IMG/VR virus record: IMGVR_UViG_2778261203_000001
Length of the DNA stretch: 9,694 bases
Source of the DNA: a virus
Taxonomy: Duplodnaviria > Heunggongvirae > Uroviricota > Caudoviricetes
Strand: one strand, 5' to 3'
Position 1 is the stretch's first letter; every line of letters starts with the position of its first letter. The notes under the pieces are model-generated. The model made no database searches and had not been told where the DNA came from. It saw nothing but the letters and a program-made list of their open reading frames with translations. Of this stretch, positions 1 through 7,583 are shown piece after piece. The position numbers and the translations under genes are program-made.

Positions 1-416
1 GCCAGTTCCGGGTATTCTTCAGCAGAAAAAGCCGCACCATTGCATTTCAGCCAGCCTGTCGGCGGAGTGGCGGAAGGCCACGGAACAGGCACACCGACAG
101 GTAATGCAGAGCCTTCTCCCAAACCAAGGTTTTCGAGAGCCGTTTTCACCGTGCCATCCGATTTGATATCGCCAAACGGATTCTTGCGGCTTAACAGCAG
201 CGCACGAAGCGCGGTAAGCAGCTGGTCATGCCGCCCCTTCTCCAGGCTGGCACCGGATGCCTCCACCACGCTGCAGAGTTCTTCCTGCAACATATCAAAG
301 TAGTCATCATCCAGATCGGTGGCAGGTGTGCCGGTCTGGGGGTTACCACGGGTAAAACCGTTTTTACCCGCGCCGAACTTATCCTTCTGCGCGGTTTTCG
401 TGTCTATACGATGCAT
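1..416 (-). CDS. Side tail fibre protein, N-terminal part (5' partial; gene continues past window start)
   Basis: Minus-strand ATG at 416-414, directly after the stop of the upstream gene (420-422). My translation: [47 protein letters not shown]...[47 protein letters not shown]. The GxGxxSA(L/F)PxGxPxPWP...GW/Y...G segment resembles the collar region of lambda Stf / e14 StfP-type fibres (recalled). Not in the ORF track because the reading frame runs off the window. Confidence 0.75.
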   Translation of the reverse strand, partial: MHRIDTKTAQKDKFGAGKNGFTRGNPQTGTPATDLDDDYFDMLQEELCSVVEASGASLEKGRHDQLLTALRALLLSRKNPFGDIKSDGTVKTALENLGLGEGSALPVGVPVPWPSATPPTGWLKCNGAAFSAEEYPEL

Positions 417-419
417 GGA

Positions 420-1004
420 TTACTCCGGATATTTAAAAATTACGTAGGTATGCGACGGGCAGAGTTTGTTAAGCACACACTCGACAACGGTGTCGCCCCA
501 GATACGCAGTGCGGAATCACAGGGATCGCCACATGTCATCCAGGTGGTGTTGGTGGCGGCTGGCATGTTGACCTGCCAGTAATACCGCCATTCCGGCGCA
601 TTCACCGCGTCAGTACAGGCCGATGAGCAGGTGAACGTGCTTTTGTCGTATCGCGTGATGGTGGCGTCTGGTCTGCCCAGGGCAGCAAGCTGTGCAAGGT
701 AAAAATCCTCATTGATGCCGCCCGCCAGGTTAACCTTCGCATCCAGTCGTTGCTGACGCTGGCGAAGGGTCTGTGTCCCTGCGGGAATACATTCATCCGG
801 CAGGCCGCACAGACGCTCCCAGCGATTTATCAGTTCGGTGGTGGTGCGCGGATCCAGCTCCCGCATCAGGGCATCCGCACGCTGATGAACGCGGGTTAAT
901 GACGGTGCCGCACCGGCAATCGCCGGATTGCTGGCTGACCACGCCGGACCGGGGGGCAACAGTGCCGACAACAGACGGATGTAATCATCGTTTGTCACGT
1001 CCAT
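420..1004 (-). CDS. Mu gp48 / P2 gpI-like tail-baseplate protein (YmfQ-like, DUF2313 family)
   Basis: 194-aa ORF with ATG at 1004, overlapping the stop of the upstream J-like gene by 10 nt. Sits between a J-like gene and the tail fibre gene as in Mu-type tails. Family assignment from recalled similarity to e14 YmfQ-type proteins. Confidence 0.65.
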   Translation of the reverse strand: MDVTNDDYIRLLSALLPPGPAWSASNPAIAGAAPSLTRVHQRADALMRELDPRTTTELINRWERLCGLPDECIPAGTQTLRQRQQRLDAKVNLAGGINEDFYLAQLAALGRPDATITRYDKSTFTCSSACTDAVNAPEWRYYWQVNMPAATNTTWMTCGDPCDSALRIWGDTVVECVLNKLCPSHTYVIFKYPE

Positions 1005-2053
1005 GAAATCGTCCCCAGTACCGCCAGTTCATTTTTTGCAATGGAGATATTGTCTGCCGGTGCAAACAACTGATGGCTGTATTCCCCGTTCGCACCGGAA
1101 ATCGCCTCACTGATACGCGACACCTTCAGTTCTCCCTGCGGATAACCATCACGCAGCAGGAACGAACGCAACTCGGCGGTGATGGCAGCCCGTATTTCCG
1201 GTGTGTCCGGCGTCACGCGGATATGAAAATCCACTTTATGCGCCACCGGCCTGAAGACATACAAATCAGAGCCTGCCACCGGGGCCAGTGGCCCGATATG
1301 TTGTCTTGCCGCCGTTTCCGTTGATTCTTCCGGAATGGGATTAATCAGGTCACTGCCGGCAATCATCACACCGACAGTTCCCGTTCCCATCCAGTGACGG
1401 TATGTCCATGCGCGGGTAATGCCGGGCACTTCTTTAGCCCAGACGACATAGTCCCCGTCAGCCCCGCCCTGAGGCGTCCAGTAATACCGCTCAATGACGC
1501 GGGCGCGCCACGTTTCCAGATCTTCAGTATCGAATCCGCCAGTCAGGGTATCTGCAACACCGGAAGACGGCAGACGATTCACCGGCGTGACCAGGATTAA
1601 TGCCGTACCGTCGTCAGCGTTACCGACCGCGCCTGCACTTGAGCAAGTGATCGGCACGCGCAGGACACCACCGGAGCTGGTTGCATCAGCAGTTGCCGTG
1701 TATTGAACCAGGTCAGCGCGCTGAATAACACTCCCGGCGGTCACCTTCAGGCCATCGCTGACACCTTCCCAGCGCATATACCCGCTGGCAGCCGTGGCCC
1801 CCTTGCGCGGACACCGTTTCATCGCAGCATGTCGCGCCAGCCAGGACTCATCGCACAGGTCAGGCAGCATGTTCATTGCCAGATAATCGATGTAACCGTA
1901 AACCGTATGCAGAGCCGCCGCATACACCTTTGCCCGCACGTCTTCATCCATGCGCCGGAGCGTGTCGCTGACGTCCAGCCTGGCGAATAAATCGTTACGG
2001 AGCATACTGATATTTTCTGCCAGCGTCGGGCGCTGAAATTCACTGTCCGCCAT
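995..2053 (-). CDS. Baseplate J-like protein (Mu gp47 / P2 gpJ family)
   Basis: 352-aa ORF with ATG at 2053. Size and position (after the W-like gene, before the I-like gene) match baseplate wedge protein J. Start overlaps the upstream gene and stop overlaps the downstream gene, suggesting translational coupling. Confidence 0.75.
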   Translation of the reverse strand: MADSEFQRPTLAENISMLRNDLFARLDVSDTLRRMDEDVRAKVYAAALHTVYGYIDYLAMNMLPDLCDESWLARHAAMKRCPRKGATAASGYMRWEGVSDGLKVTAGSVIQRADLVQYTATADATSSGGVLRVPITCSSAGAVGNADDGTALILVTPVNRLPSSGVADTLTGGFDTEDLETWRARVIERYYWTPQGGADGDYVVWAKEVPGITRAWTYRHWMGTGTVGVMIAGSDLINPIPEESTETAARQHIGPLAPVAGSDLYVFRPVAHKVDFHIRVTPDTPEIRAAITAELRSFLLRDGYPQGELKVSRISEAISGANGEYSHQLFAPADNISIAKNELAVLGTISWT

Positions 2054-2468
2054 GCGTTATCGCACTCCACAGATCATCAAAAGAAATCATTACCGGTCCG
2101 TCACGACGCCAGAGGGTGATACTGTTACCCAGCTCATTAATCCCGGTGCGGCGGATATCCAGATCAATACGGGACACCACGCCGTCATCAATCATCCATT
2201 GCAGGCATTCGCGGATATATCCCCTTACCGTCTGCACCAGTTGATTGGTCAGTTTGCTGCGCTGAAGCAGCCACAGTCGGGAGCCGTAACGGTCATTCTG
2301 TACCGCAGGCCAGGTATCCCCCCACCATCCCATCGGGACGTCGGCGTTGTCATCAGGCTCCGCCCGCCGCCAGGTAAACAGGGAAATCACCACGGCGCGG
2401 GTCAGCGGATCCAGCGGTGCGCTGGCGCAGGTGCGTTTACCGTTCACCGTCAGCCACAGTTCCATCAT
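2040..2468 (-). CDS. Mu gp46 / P2 gpW-like baseplate protein
   Basis: 142-aa ORF beginning ATGATG at 2468; start overlaps the stop of the V-like gene (ATGA). Size and synteny (V-W-J-I order) typical of Mu-like baseplate modules. Confidence 0.7.
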   Translation of the reverse strand: MMELWLTVNGKRTCASAPLDPLTRAVVISLFTWRRAEPDDNADVPMGWWGDTWPAVQNDRYGSRLWLLQRSKLTNQLVQTVRGYIRECLQWMIDDGVVSRIDLDIRRTGINELGNSITLWRRDGPVMISFDDLWSAITHGGQ

Positions 2469-3013
2469 GCCTCCATCGCTTTATCCGGTTTGTCGGTGTT
2501 ACTGCCCTGACCGTTCTCTCTGTGACGATGCCCGTTATAGGCAAGCCGCATCGCTGACATGGTGGTACCGCCGGAGTCGCACAGGTCTTTCACCTGTCCG
2601 GTCACTTCCAGGTCCATTTCAAAACGTGCTCTGGGCGCATTGCGAAACGTGATCGTTTTACCTGCACCGTCCACCACGATCCCCTCCCGGGTCAGCGTCA
2701 CAGACTGCCCCTGATCGTCATAGACAGCCACCTCACCCGTCTGCAGCCCTTTCAGGCGGTAGCGCCGGTCCGACACCGTAACAACCACCGCATGAGAACG
2801 GTCGCCATCCGGAAACAACACCACCGCTTCCGCACCGCTGTTTGCCCTTGCGGTAAAACCGTAGGGTTCAAGATGTTCAATCCCGGCTTTGGGTTCACCG
2901 GCAATCAGGGACACATCCACGGTCTGACATTTCGTGGCGGCACTGATGCTTTTCACCACTGCCCGCCCAATCAGGCCGAGAAGTTGTCGCTGCATGGCTT
3001 CAATCGTCCTCAT
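2465..3013 (-). CDS. Baseplate assembly protein V / central spike (Mu gp45-like)
   Basis: 182-aa ORF with ATG at 3013, overlapping the stop of the upstream chimeric ORF (TGATG). C-terminal segment ...DLCDSGGTTMSAMRLAYNGHRH... resembles the conserved C-terminus of gpV-type spikes (recalled). Confidence 0.7.
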   Translation of the reverse strand: MRTIEAMQRQLLGLIGRAVVKSISAATKCQTVDVSLIAGEPKAGIEHLEPYGFTARANSGAEAVVLFPDGDRSHAVVVTVSDRRYRLKGLQTGEVAVYDDQGQSVTLTREGIVVDGAGKTITFRNAPRARFEMDLEVTGQVKDLCDSGGTTMSAMRLAYNGHRHRENGQGSNTDKPDKAMEA

Positions 3014-3720
3014 CAGAACGGGTCCTCCTGTACTCTGGCTTTTTTCTTTTTCCGCGCGCCGGGGTCTTCGGGTTCAGGCAGATAAGCATCAGGCGGGCCG
3101 ACACGGATTTCCGTCAGGGTGCCGTTCTGGTCCTGAGTAAACGTGACTTCCGAAACAAGCAGTTCGGTATTGTCGAAACCACAGACCGGATCAAAGACAA
3201 TCACCCGCTGGTTGGGCTGCCACAGCGTACCGTTACCCTGTCGCCAGCCCTGCACCACATAGGTGGTTTCATCCGTCCGCGCCGCCCGTTGCCGGGCTTC
3301 AAAGTCAGCACGCGCAATACAGCCAGCCCCCGTGGCCTGCCCTGTCTGCCTGATATACATCGGACGGTAACGGGCAATAAATGCGTCCTCTGTGCGGGCC
3401 CGCAGCGCGGTGGTGGTGGCCTCACCGAAATCATCGTCGTTTCCGGCACGCTGCCCCGCCACCTGGTAAACTGAAAACCGCTCCCGGATACTCTTCTCCG
3501 TATCGCAGGAAAGGATGTTTTCCCCAAGTACCAGCGCGGTATGTGCCCGCGTTGAGCCAATAACATCCCACTTCGAACCATAACCGCGCTGATGACGGGA
3601 TTGTCCTGGCTTGTATTGCTTCCAGCCTTCGCTTTTGTGGCTTTCACAATAGCCTGACGGGTCTGTGGTGGTATGGCGGCAGCCACGAACACGGCAGGCT
3701 TTTGGGATTCGTGATGGCAT
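3013..3720 (-). CDS. Chimeric ORF: HNH endonuclease-like N-terminus fused to a tail/baseplate-hub-like C-terminus (probable deletion scar; may be a pseudogene)
   Basis: ATG at 3720 preceded by GGAG; the ORF track extends to a TTG at 3819. N-terminus MPSRIPKACRVRGCRHTTTDPSGYCESH...RGYGSKW matches the start of phage HNH endonucleases, but the second Cys pair and the His-Asn-His core expected after RGYGxxW are absent. The remaining ~180 aa is unrelated and is translationally coupled to the V-like gene, where a gp44/gpD-type hub gene would normally sit. Confidence 0.5.
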   Translation of the reverse strand: MPSRIPKACRVRGCRHTTTDPSGYCESHKSEGWKQYKPGQSRHQRGYGSKWDVIGSTRAHTALVLGENILSCDTEKSIRERFSVYQVAGQRAGNDDDFGEATTTALRARTEDAFIARYRPMYIRQTGQATGAGCIARADFEARQRAARTDETTYVVQGWRQGNGTLWQPNQRVIVFDPVCGFDNTELLVSEVTFTQDQNGTLTEIRVGPPDAYLPEPEDPGARKKKKARVQEDPF

Positions 3721-3817
3721 ATGTACTCCAATGAAGAAGCCACCGACATAGCCTCCTCCATTCATCGTGAAACTATTTTCATCTACCCAGTAATGAATTC
3801 TTTGTAGAGTTGTGATC

Positions 3818-3840
3818 AATACAACTCACTAATGGAGAGG
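3818..3840 (+). promoter_or_regulatory. T7-class single-subunit RNAP promoter-like motif
   Basis: AATACAACTCACTAATGGAGAGG against the T7 consensus TAATACGACTCACTATAGGGAGA: 13 of 14 positions match over -16 to -3 (the ACTCACTA core is identical), but the -2/-1 TA is AT and the initiating region diverges. Confidence 0.25.
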
Positions 3841-3862
3841 CTTGTCCAACACGTTGGACAAG
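3841..3862. repeat. Perfect 10-bp inverted repeat CTTGTCCAAC-AC-GTTGGACAAG (operator-like; as RNA a hairpin followed by a T-rich tract on the plus strand)
   Basis: Arms at 3841-3850 and 3853-3862 are exact reverse complements; followed on the plus strand by AGTTTCCTGTTTGATTT. Confidence 0.9.
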
Positions 3863-3873
3863 TTTCCTGTTTG

Positions 3874-3896
3874 ATTTACTGGACACTATAGAAGGA
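3874..3896 (+). promoter_or_regulatory. SP6-class single-subunit RNAP promoter-like motif
   Basis: ATTTACTGGACACTATAGAAGGA against the SP6 promoter ATTTAGGTGACACTATAGAAGAG: 18 of 23 match, including an identical 13-mer GACACTATAGAAG (-9 to +4) and the ATTTA at -17 to -13. The three upstream mismatches fall at -12 to -10. Confidence 0.35.
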
Positions 3897-3942
3897 CAGA
3901 ATGCCTTCATCACTCGAATAACATCAATTAAGGAGGTTCAAC

Positions 3943-4065
3943 ATGTTTCATTCCACAAATCATCAGGCTGTAATTATGGCTGCATCAGCTTGTGCCACAG
4001 ACCTTTTCCGCTTCACTTTGAGCCTGATTCATTTCTACCTGACCGGCTCGCCTCTATCTTTTTAA
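3943..4065 (+). CDS. Hypothetical small protein (40 aa)
   Basis: ATG at 3943 preceded by AAGGAGG with a 6-nt spacer; translation MFHSTNHQAVIMAASACATDLFRFTLSLIHFYLTGSPLSF, stop TAA at 4063-4065. Lies 52 nt downstream of the predicted +1 of the SP6-like motif. Too short for the ORF track; no homolog recognised. Confidence 0.3.
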   Translation: MFHSTNHQAVIMAASACATDLFRFTLSLIHFYLTGSPLSF

Positions 4066-4245
4066 TCCCCGCTTTATCCAAATTGCATTGCCAGAATGCC
4101 GACAACAGACTGACATTCAAATCCTGACTACCTCCAATAGTCTGACCGTACACCTATATAGTTTTAATTTTCATCAATCCATTTAACTATCGTTTAATTG
4201 TTGTCACATAGGATTCTGCCGTTTTTAACAATGCAGGATAATAAG

Positions 4246-4539
4246 ATGAAAAAAATGTTGTTTTCTGCCGCTCTGGCAATGCTTATTACAGGATGTGCTC
4301 AACAGACGTTTACTGTTGGAAACAAACCGACAGCAGTAACACCAAAGGAAACCATCACCCATCATTTCTTCGTTTCGGGAATTGGACAGGAGAAAACTGT
4401 TGATGCAGCCAAAATTTGTGGCGGCGCAGAAAATGTGGTTAAAACAGAAACCCAGCAAACATTCGTAAATGGATTGCTCGGTTTTATTACTTTAGGCATT
4501 TATACTCCGCTGGAAGCGCGGGTGTATTGCTCACAATAA
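4246..4539 (+). CDS. bor: Bor lipoprotein (lambda Bor / Iss family, serum-resistance-associated outer membrane lipoprotein)
   Basis: ATG at 4246 (MKKMLFSAALAMLITGC...) with AGGA upstream; 97 aa, lipobox LITGC. Near-identical by recollection to lambda Bor (...ETITHHFFVSGIGQ.KTVDAAKICGGAENVVKTETQQTFVNGLLGFITLGIYTPLEARVYCSQ). The track ORF from 4198 is an upstream extension. Confidence 0.9.
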   Translation: MKKMLFSAALAMLITGCAQQTFTVGNKPTAVTPKETITHHFFVSGIGQEKTVDAAKICGGAENVVKTETQQTFVNGLLGFITLGIYTPLEARVYCSQ

Positions 4540-4549
4540 TTGCATGAGT

Positions 4550-4567
4550 TGCCCATCGATATGGGCA
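4550..4567. other. Hairpin between convergent bor and Rz (TGCCCAT-CGAT-ATGGGCA)
   Basis: 7-bp perfect stem with 4-nt loop in the 31-bp gap between the bor stop (4537-4539) and the Rz stop (4571-4573). No U-tract on either side, so terminator function is uncertain. Confidence 0.3.
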
Positions 4568-4570
4568 GCG

Positions 4571-5032
4571 CTATCTGCACTGCTCATTAATATACTTCTG
4601 GGTTCCTTCCAGTTGTTTTTGCATCGTGATCAGCCTCTCTCTGAGGGTGAAATAATCCCGTTCAGCGGTGTCTGCCAGTCGGGGGGAGGCTGCATTATCC
4701 ACGCCGGAGGCGGTGGTGGCTTCACGCACTGACTGACAGACTGCTTTGATGTGCAACCGACGACGACCAGCGGCAACATCATCACGCAGAGCATCATTTT
4801 CAGCTTTCGCATCAGCTAACTCCTTCGTGTATTTTGCATCGAGCGCAGCAACATCACGCTGACGCATCTGCATGTCAGTAATTGCCGCGTTCGCTAGCTT
4901 CAGTTCTCTGGCATTTTTGTCGCGCTGGACTTTGTAGGCGATTGCGTTATCACGGTAATGATTGACCGCCCATGACAGGCTGACGATGATGCAGATAATC
5001 AGAGCGGATATAATCGCGGTTACTCTGCTCAC
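4571..5032 (-). CDS. Rz: Rz i-spanin (inner-membrane spanin subunit)
   Basis: Translation from ...[34 protein letters not shown]... to ...QKYINEQCR closely matches lambda Rz (recalled). Start placed at the GTG at 5032, which overlaps the endolysin stop (GTGA) and gives 153 aa; the track ORF starts at a further-upstream GTG at 5044. Confidence 0.85.
4630..4812 (-). CDS. Rz1: Rz1 o-spanin (outer-membrane lipoprotein spanin subunit), embedded in Rz in the +1 frame
   Basis: [60 protein letters not shown]; lipobox VVGC; proline-rich; AAGGAG RBS 7 nt upstream of the ATG at 4812. Near-identical to lambda Rz1 (recalled). Confidence 0.85.
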   Translation of the reverse strand: MRKLKMMLCVMMLPLVVVGCTSKQSVSQCVKPPPPPAWIMQPPPDWQTPLNGIISPSERG

Positions 5033-5526
5033 TGTTGCCCCCACAAACAGACTTCACGCTCAATCTCACGACGAGTCATCAGGCCTTTCCATTGCTTACC
5101 GCCAGCGTATGTCCAGCGACGCAGCTGATCACATGCGCCTTTGATATCGCCCTGGTTTATTTTGCGAAGAAGCGTCGATGTTCTAAAATTGCCAGCACCC
5201 ACGTTGTAAACGAATGAGTAAAGAGCGCCGCGCGTTGTTTCCGGTATATCGACTTTGATATACGGGTTAATTTGTCTGGCGACAGTGGCAAGGTCTTTAT
5301 TCAAGAGTGCTTTGCATTCTGCTTTGGTATACGTTTTACCGAGCATGATGTCTTTTCCGGTGTGTCCGTGACATACAGTCCATACACCAACAATATCTTT
5401 GTATGGTATGTAGCTGACACCTTCCAGACCATCGTTACCACTTGGGCCAGTGATTAACACTGATGCTATAGCAATTGCTCCGCCACCAATAGCAGCAGCA
5501 ACGGCTTTTCGTAATGATGGAGGCAT
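5029..5526 (-). CDS. R: SAR endolysin (phage-21 R21 / RrrD-type lysozyme with N-terminal signal-anchor-release domain)
   Basis: 165 aa. N-terminal Gly/Ala-rich weakly hydrophobic segment ([20 protein letters not shown]) followed by a lysozyme catalytic region (..[23 protein letters not shown]..). ATG overlaps the holin stop (TAATG). Confidence 0.9.
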
Positions 5527-5741
5527 TATTCACCTCTCGCAGCCTTGCGCTTATCTTCTTTAATCTTGAAATAAAGGTTTGTCAGGTACGTCAGCAGGCC
5601 AAATACCAGGCTACCCAGCACACCTATTGCTGCCCACTGTGAGGGAGTGACTTTATCTAGCAGCTGTAAAAACCAGTACCCGGCACTACCTGCTGAGGTG
5701 CCATAGGCGACACCCGTTGTTAACTTATCCATGGATTTCAT
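5526..5741 (-). CDS. S: Class II holin / pinholin (phage-21 S21 / EssD-type) with dual-start motif
   Basis: 71 aa, [28 protein letters not shown]...[35 protein letters not shown]; two predicted TMDs. Met1 (5741) and Met4 (5732) give the classic antiholin/holin dual start; GAGGTGG upstream. Confidence 0.9.
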
Positions 5742-5850
5742 AACCCCACCTCGCAGACAAAGCGGGTGTAAATTGAGGGAATACTACGAAACGTAACAGA
5801 CTCGGAGTCAGTGAATAACTCAGGTATTGGGTTATCAGCTAATATCGAGA

Positions 5851-5886
5851 CTCAAAAAATGGAAAAACCCGCTCGACGGCGGGTTT
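5851..5886 (-). terminator. Intrinsic terminator on the minus strand, candidate tR' (late-leader terminator upstream of the holin gene)
   Basis: Minus-strand reading AAACCCGC-CGTCGA-GCGGGTTT (8-bp perfect stem, 6-nt loop) followed by TTCCATTTTTT. About 110 bp upstream of the holin start. Confidence 0.6.
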
Positions 5887-6313
5887 AAGCTGTGTGACGA
5901 AGTAACCACTCTTAACAGCATAACCAATTTTTTACGTACGTAAACCACTAAATGATATTTGAGAGAATGCTACCGAGTATTGAAAACACCACTACAAATA
6001 CATAAGCAAATCTCAACAAATAACCAAAAAATAATTTCCAGTGTTATTTTTAGCCGGTTTAAATTGAACCTTCAAATTATAGAGCACTTATAAATAACAG
6101 CCGTTAATATAAATTGGCTAATAGATTTATTTTTATTCAGCCAAGAGCCATGAATAGGATTCGATAGAAAAAAGTTCAGATAAAAATAGAGATCTACTTC
6201 ACAAATCAAACGAGAAACCAAAACTTACATCTTGAAATAATCACATTGATTAGATGAATATTTATCGCGCAGTGACATCATTTTTTAATAATAGTTCAAA
6301 AAAAGGGCTCACG

Positions 6314-7411
6314 ATGAAAAAATTAACAGTGGCAATTTCTGCTGTAGCTGCATCAGTACTGATGGCGATGTCTGCTCAGGCAGCTGAAATTTATAATAAA
6401 GACAGTAACAAGCTGGATCTGTACGGGAAAGTTAATGCTAAGCACTACTTCTCCTCTAATGATGCAGATGATGGTGATACTACTTATGCCCGTCTTGGCT
6501 TCAAAGGTGAAACCCAAATCAACGATCAACTGACTGGTTTCGGTCAGTGGGAATATGAATTCAAAGGCAACCGCGCTGAATCTCAAGGTTCCTCCAAAGA
6601 TAAAACCCGTCTTGCCTTCGCTGGCCTGAAATTCGGTGACTACGGCTCCATCGATTACGGCCGTAACTACGGTGTAGCATACGACATCGGTGCGTGGACT
6701 GACGTCCTGCCAGAATTCGGTGGTGACACTTGGACTCAAACCGACGTGTTCATGACTCAACGTGCAACTGGTGTTGCAACCTATCGTAACAACGACTTCT
6801 TTGGTCTGGTTGATGGTCTGAACTTTGCTGCTCAGTACCAAGGCAAAAACGATCGTAGCGATTTCGATAACTACACTGAAGGTAACGGTGATGGCTTCGG
6901 TTTCTCTGCTACCTATGAATACGAAGGATTCGGTATCGGTGCAACTTATGCGAAATCTGATCGTACCGACACTCAAGTTAATGCAGGGAAAGTTCTTCCT
7001 GAAGTATTTGCTTCCGGTAAAAATGCAGAAGTTTGGGCCGCAGGTCTGAAATATGACGCTAACAACATTTACCTGGCCACTACCTATTCTGAAACCCAGA
7101 ATATGACTGTATTTGCTGATCACTTCGTTGCTAATAAAGCCCAAAACTTCGAAGCTGTTGCACAATATCAGTTCGATTTCGGTCTGCGTCCGTCCGTTGC
7201 TTACCTGCAATCTAAAGGTAAGGATCTTGGAGTATGGGGCGATCAGGACTTAGTCAAATATGTTGATGTAGGTGCAACCTATTACTTCAACAAAAATATG
7301 TCTACTTTCGTTGATTACAAAATCAACCTGCTTGACAAAAATGACTTCACTAAAGCACTCGGTGTAAGCACTGATGACATCGTTGCTGTAGGTCTGGTTT
7401 ACCAGTTCTAA
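6314..7411 (+). CDS. nmpC: General porin of the OmpC/OmpF/PhoE family, phage-borne (NmpC / Lc type)
   Basis: 365 aa starting [23 protein letters not shown]|AEIYNKD (signal peptide), C-terminus ...VAVGLVYQF with terminal Phe typical of outer-membrane beta-barrels. Matches NmpC of DLP12 by recollection. Start at 6314 preferred over the track's upstream ATG at 6254. Confidence 0.9.
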   Translation: MKKLTVAISAVAASVLMAMSAQAAEIYNKDSNKLDLYGKVNAKHYFSSNDADDGDTTYARLGFKGETQINDQLTGFGQWEYEFKGNRAESQGSSKDKTRLAFAGLKFGDYGSIDYGRNYGVAYDIGAWTDVLPEFGGDTWTQTDVFMTQRATGVATYRNNDFFGLVDGLNFAAQYQGKNDRSDFDNYTEGNGDGFGFSATYEYEGFGIGATYAKSDRTDTQVNAGKVLPEVFASGKNAEVWAAGLKYDANNIYLATTYSETQNMTVFADHFVANKAQNFEAVAQYQFDFGLRPSVAYLQSKGKDLGVWGDQDLVKYVDVGATYYFNKNMSTFVDYKINLLDKNDFTKALGVSTDDIVAVGLVYQF

Positions 7412-7427
7412 TCTGATTACGAAAAAG

Positions 7428-7462
7428 ATATGTTGCGGGAGGCGTTGCCTCCCCAACATATA
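7428..7462 (-). terminator. Long hairpin just after the nmpC stop; possible minus-strand terminator for transcripts arriving from Q
   Basis: ATATGTTG-C-GGGAGGC-GTT-GCCTCCC-C-CAACATAT: 15 paired positions with one C/C mismatch. On the minus strand it is followed by CTTTTTCG. Confidence 0.4.
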
Positions 7463-7548
7463 AGTGGCTCCCTCAAGCCACTTCCTTTAGAAGCACAACC
7501 TTGCTTCTAACTATATAAACCTTCTGTTATATATTACCCTTTATTTTT

Positions 7549-7583
7549 GGGGGCGTCTCAACGCCCCATTTTTAATAATTTTT
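7549..7583 (+). terminator. Intrinsic terminator for nmpC
   Basis: GGGGCGT-CTCA-ACGCCCC (7-bp GC-rich stem) followed by ATTTTTAATAATTTTT on the plus strand. Confidence 0.65.

Noticed and set aside
40-626. Plus-strand ORFs 40-303 and 228-626
   Set aside because: They lie antisense to the tail fibre gene and the I-like gene, in a GC-rich region where long spurious frames are expected. Translations are low-complexity with no recognisable features.
1073-2510. Plus-strand ORFs inside the baseplate genes (1073-1324, 1394-1600, 1494-1706, 1703-1990, 2052-2510) and minus-strand ORF 1873-2070
   Set aside because: Antisense or off-frame to well-supported baseplate genes in GC-rich DNA.
3040-3060. A-rich run (AAAAAGAAAAAA) encoding the KKKK tail at the 3' end of the chimeric ORF, as a programmed frameshift site
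   Set aside because: No downstream structure or alternative-frame product is evident; the run simply encodes a lysine tract just before the coupled V-gene start.
3201-3761. 186-aa minus-strand ORF in an alternative frame overlapping the chimeric ORF
   Set aside because: Arg/Pro/Gly-rich translation typical of an off-frame read of GC-rich coding DNA. The other frame carries the recognisable HNH-like start and is coupled to the V-like gene.
4198-4245. Upstream start for bor (track ORF from 4198)
   Set aside because: Lipoprotein signal peptides begin close to the N-terminus; MKKM at 4246 gives the 97-aa Bor with its lipobox correctly placed.
3820-4245. Possible cos site in the spacer between bor and the HNH-like ORF
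   Set aside because: I looked for the lambda cohesive-end sequence GGGCGGCGACCT or an obvious variant and did not see one. In HK97-like genomes cos lies downstream of the HNH gene, which is the region inferred to be deleted here.
6254-6313. Upstream ATG start for the porin (track ORF from 6254)
   Set aside because: The extension ([20 protein letters not shown]) would precede the signal peptide and bury it; the porin signal sequence begins at the ATG at 6314.
6353-7210. 285-aa minus-strand ORF antisense to the porin gene
   Set aside because: Fully contained within the well-supported nmpC coding sequence on the opposite strand; the translation has no recognisable motifs. It is long enough that ribosome-profiling data would be needed to exclude it completely.
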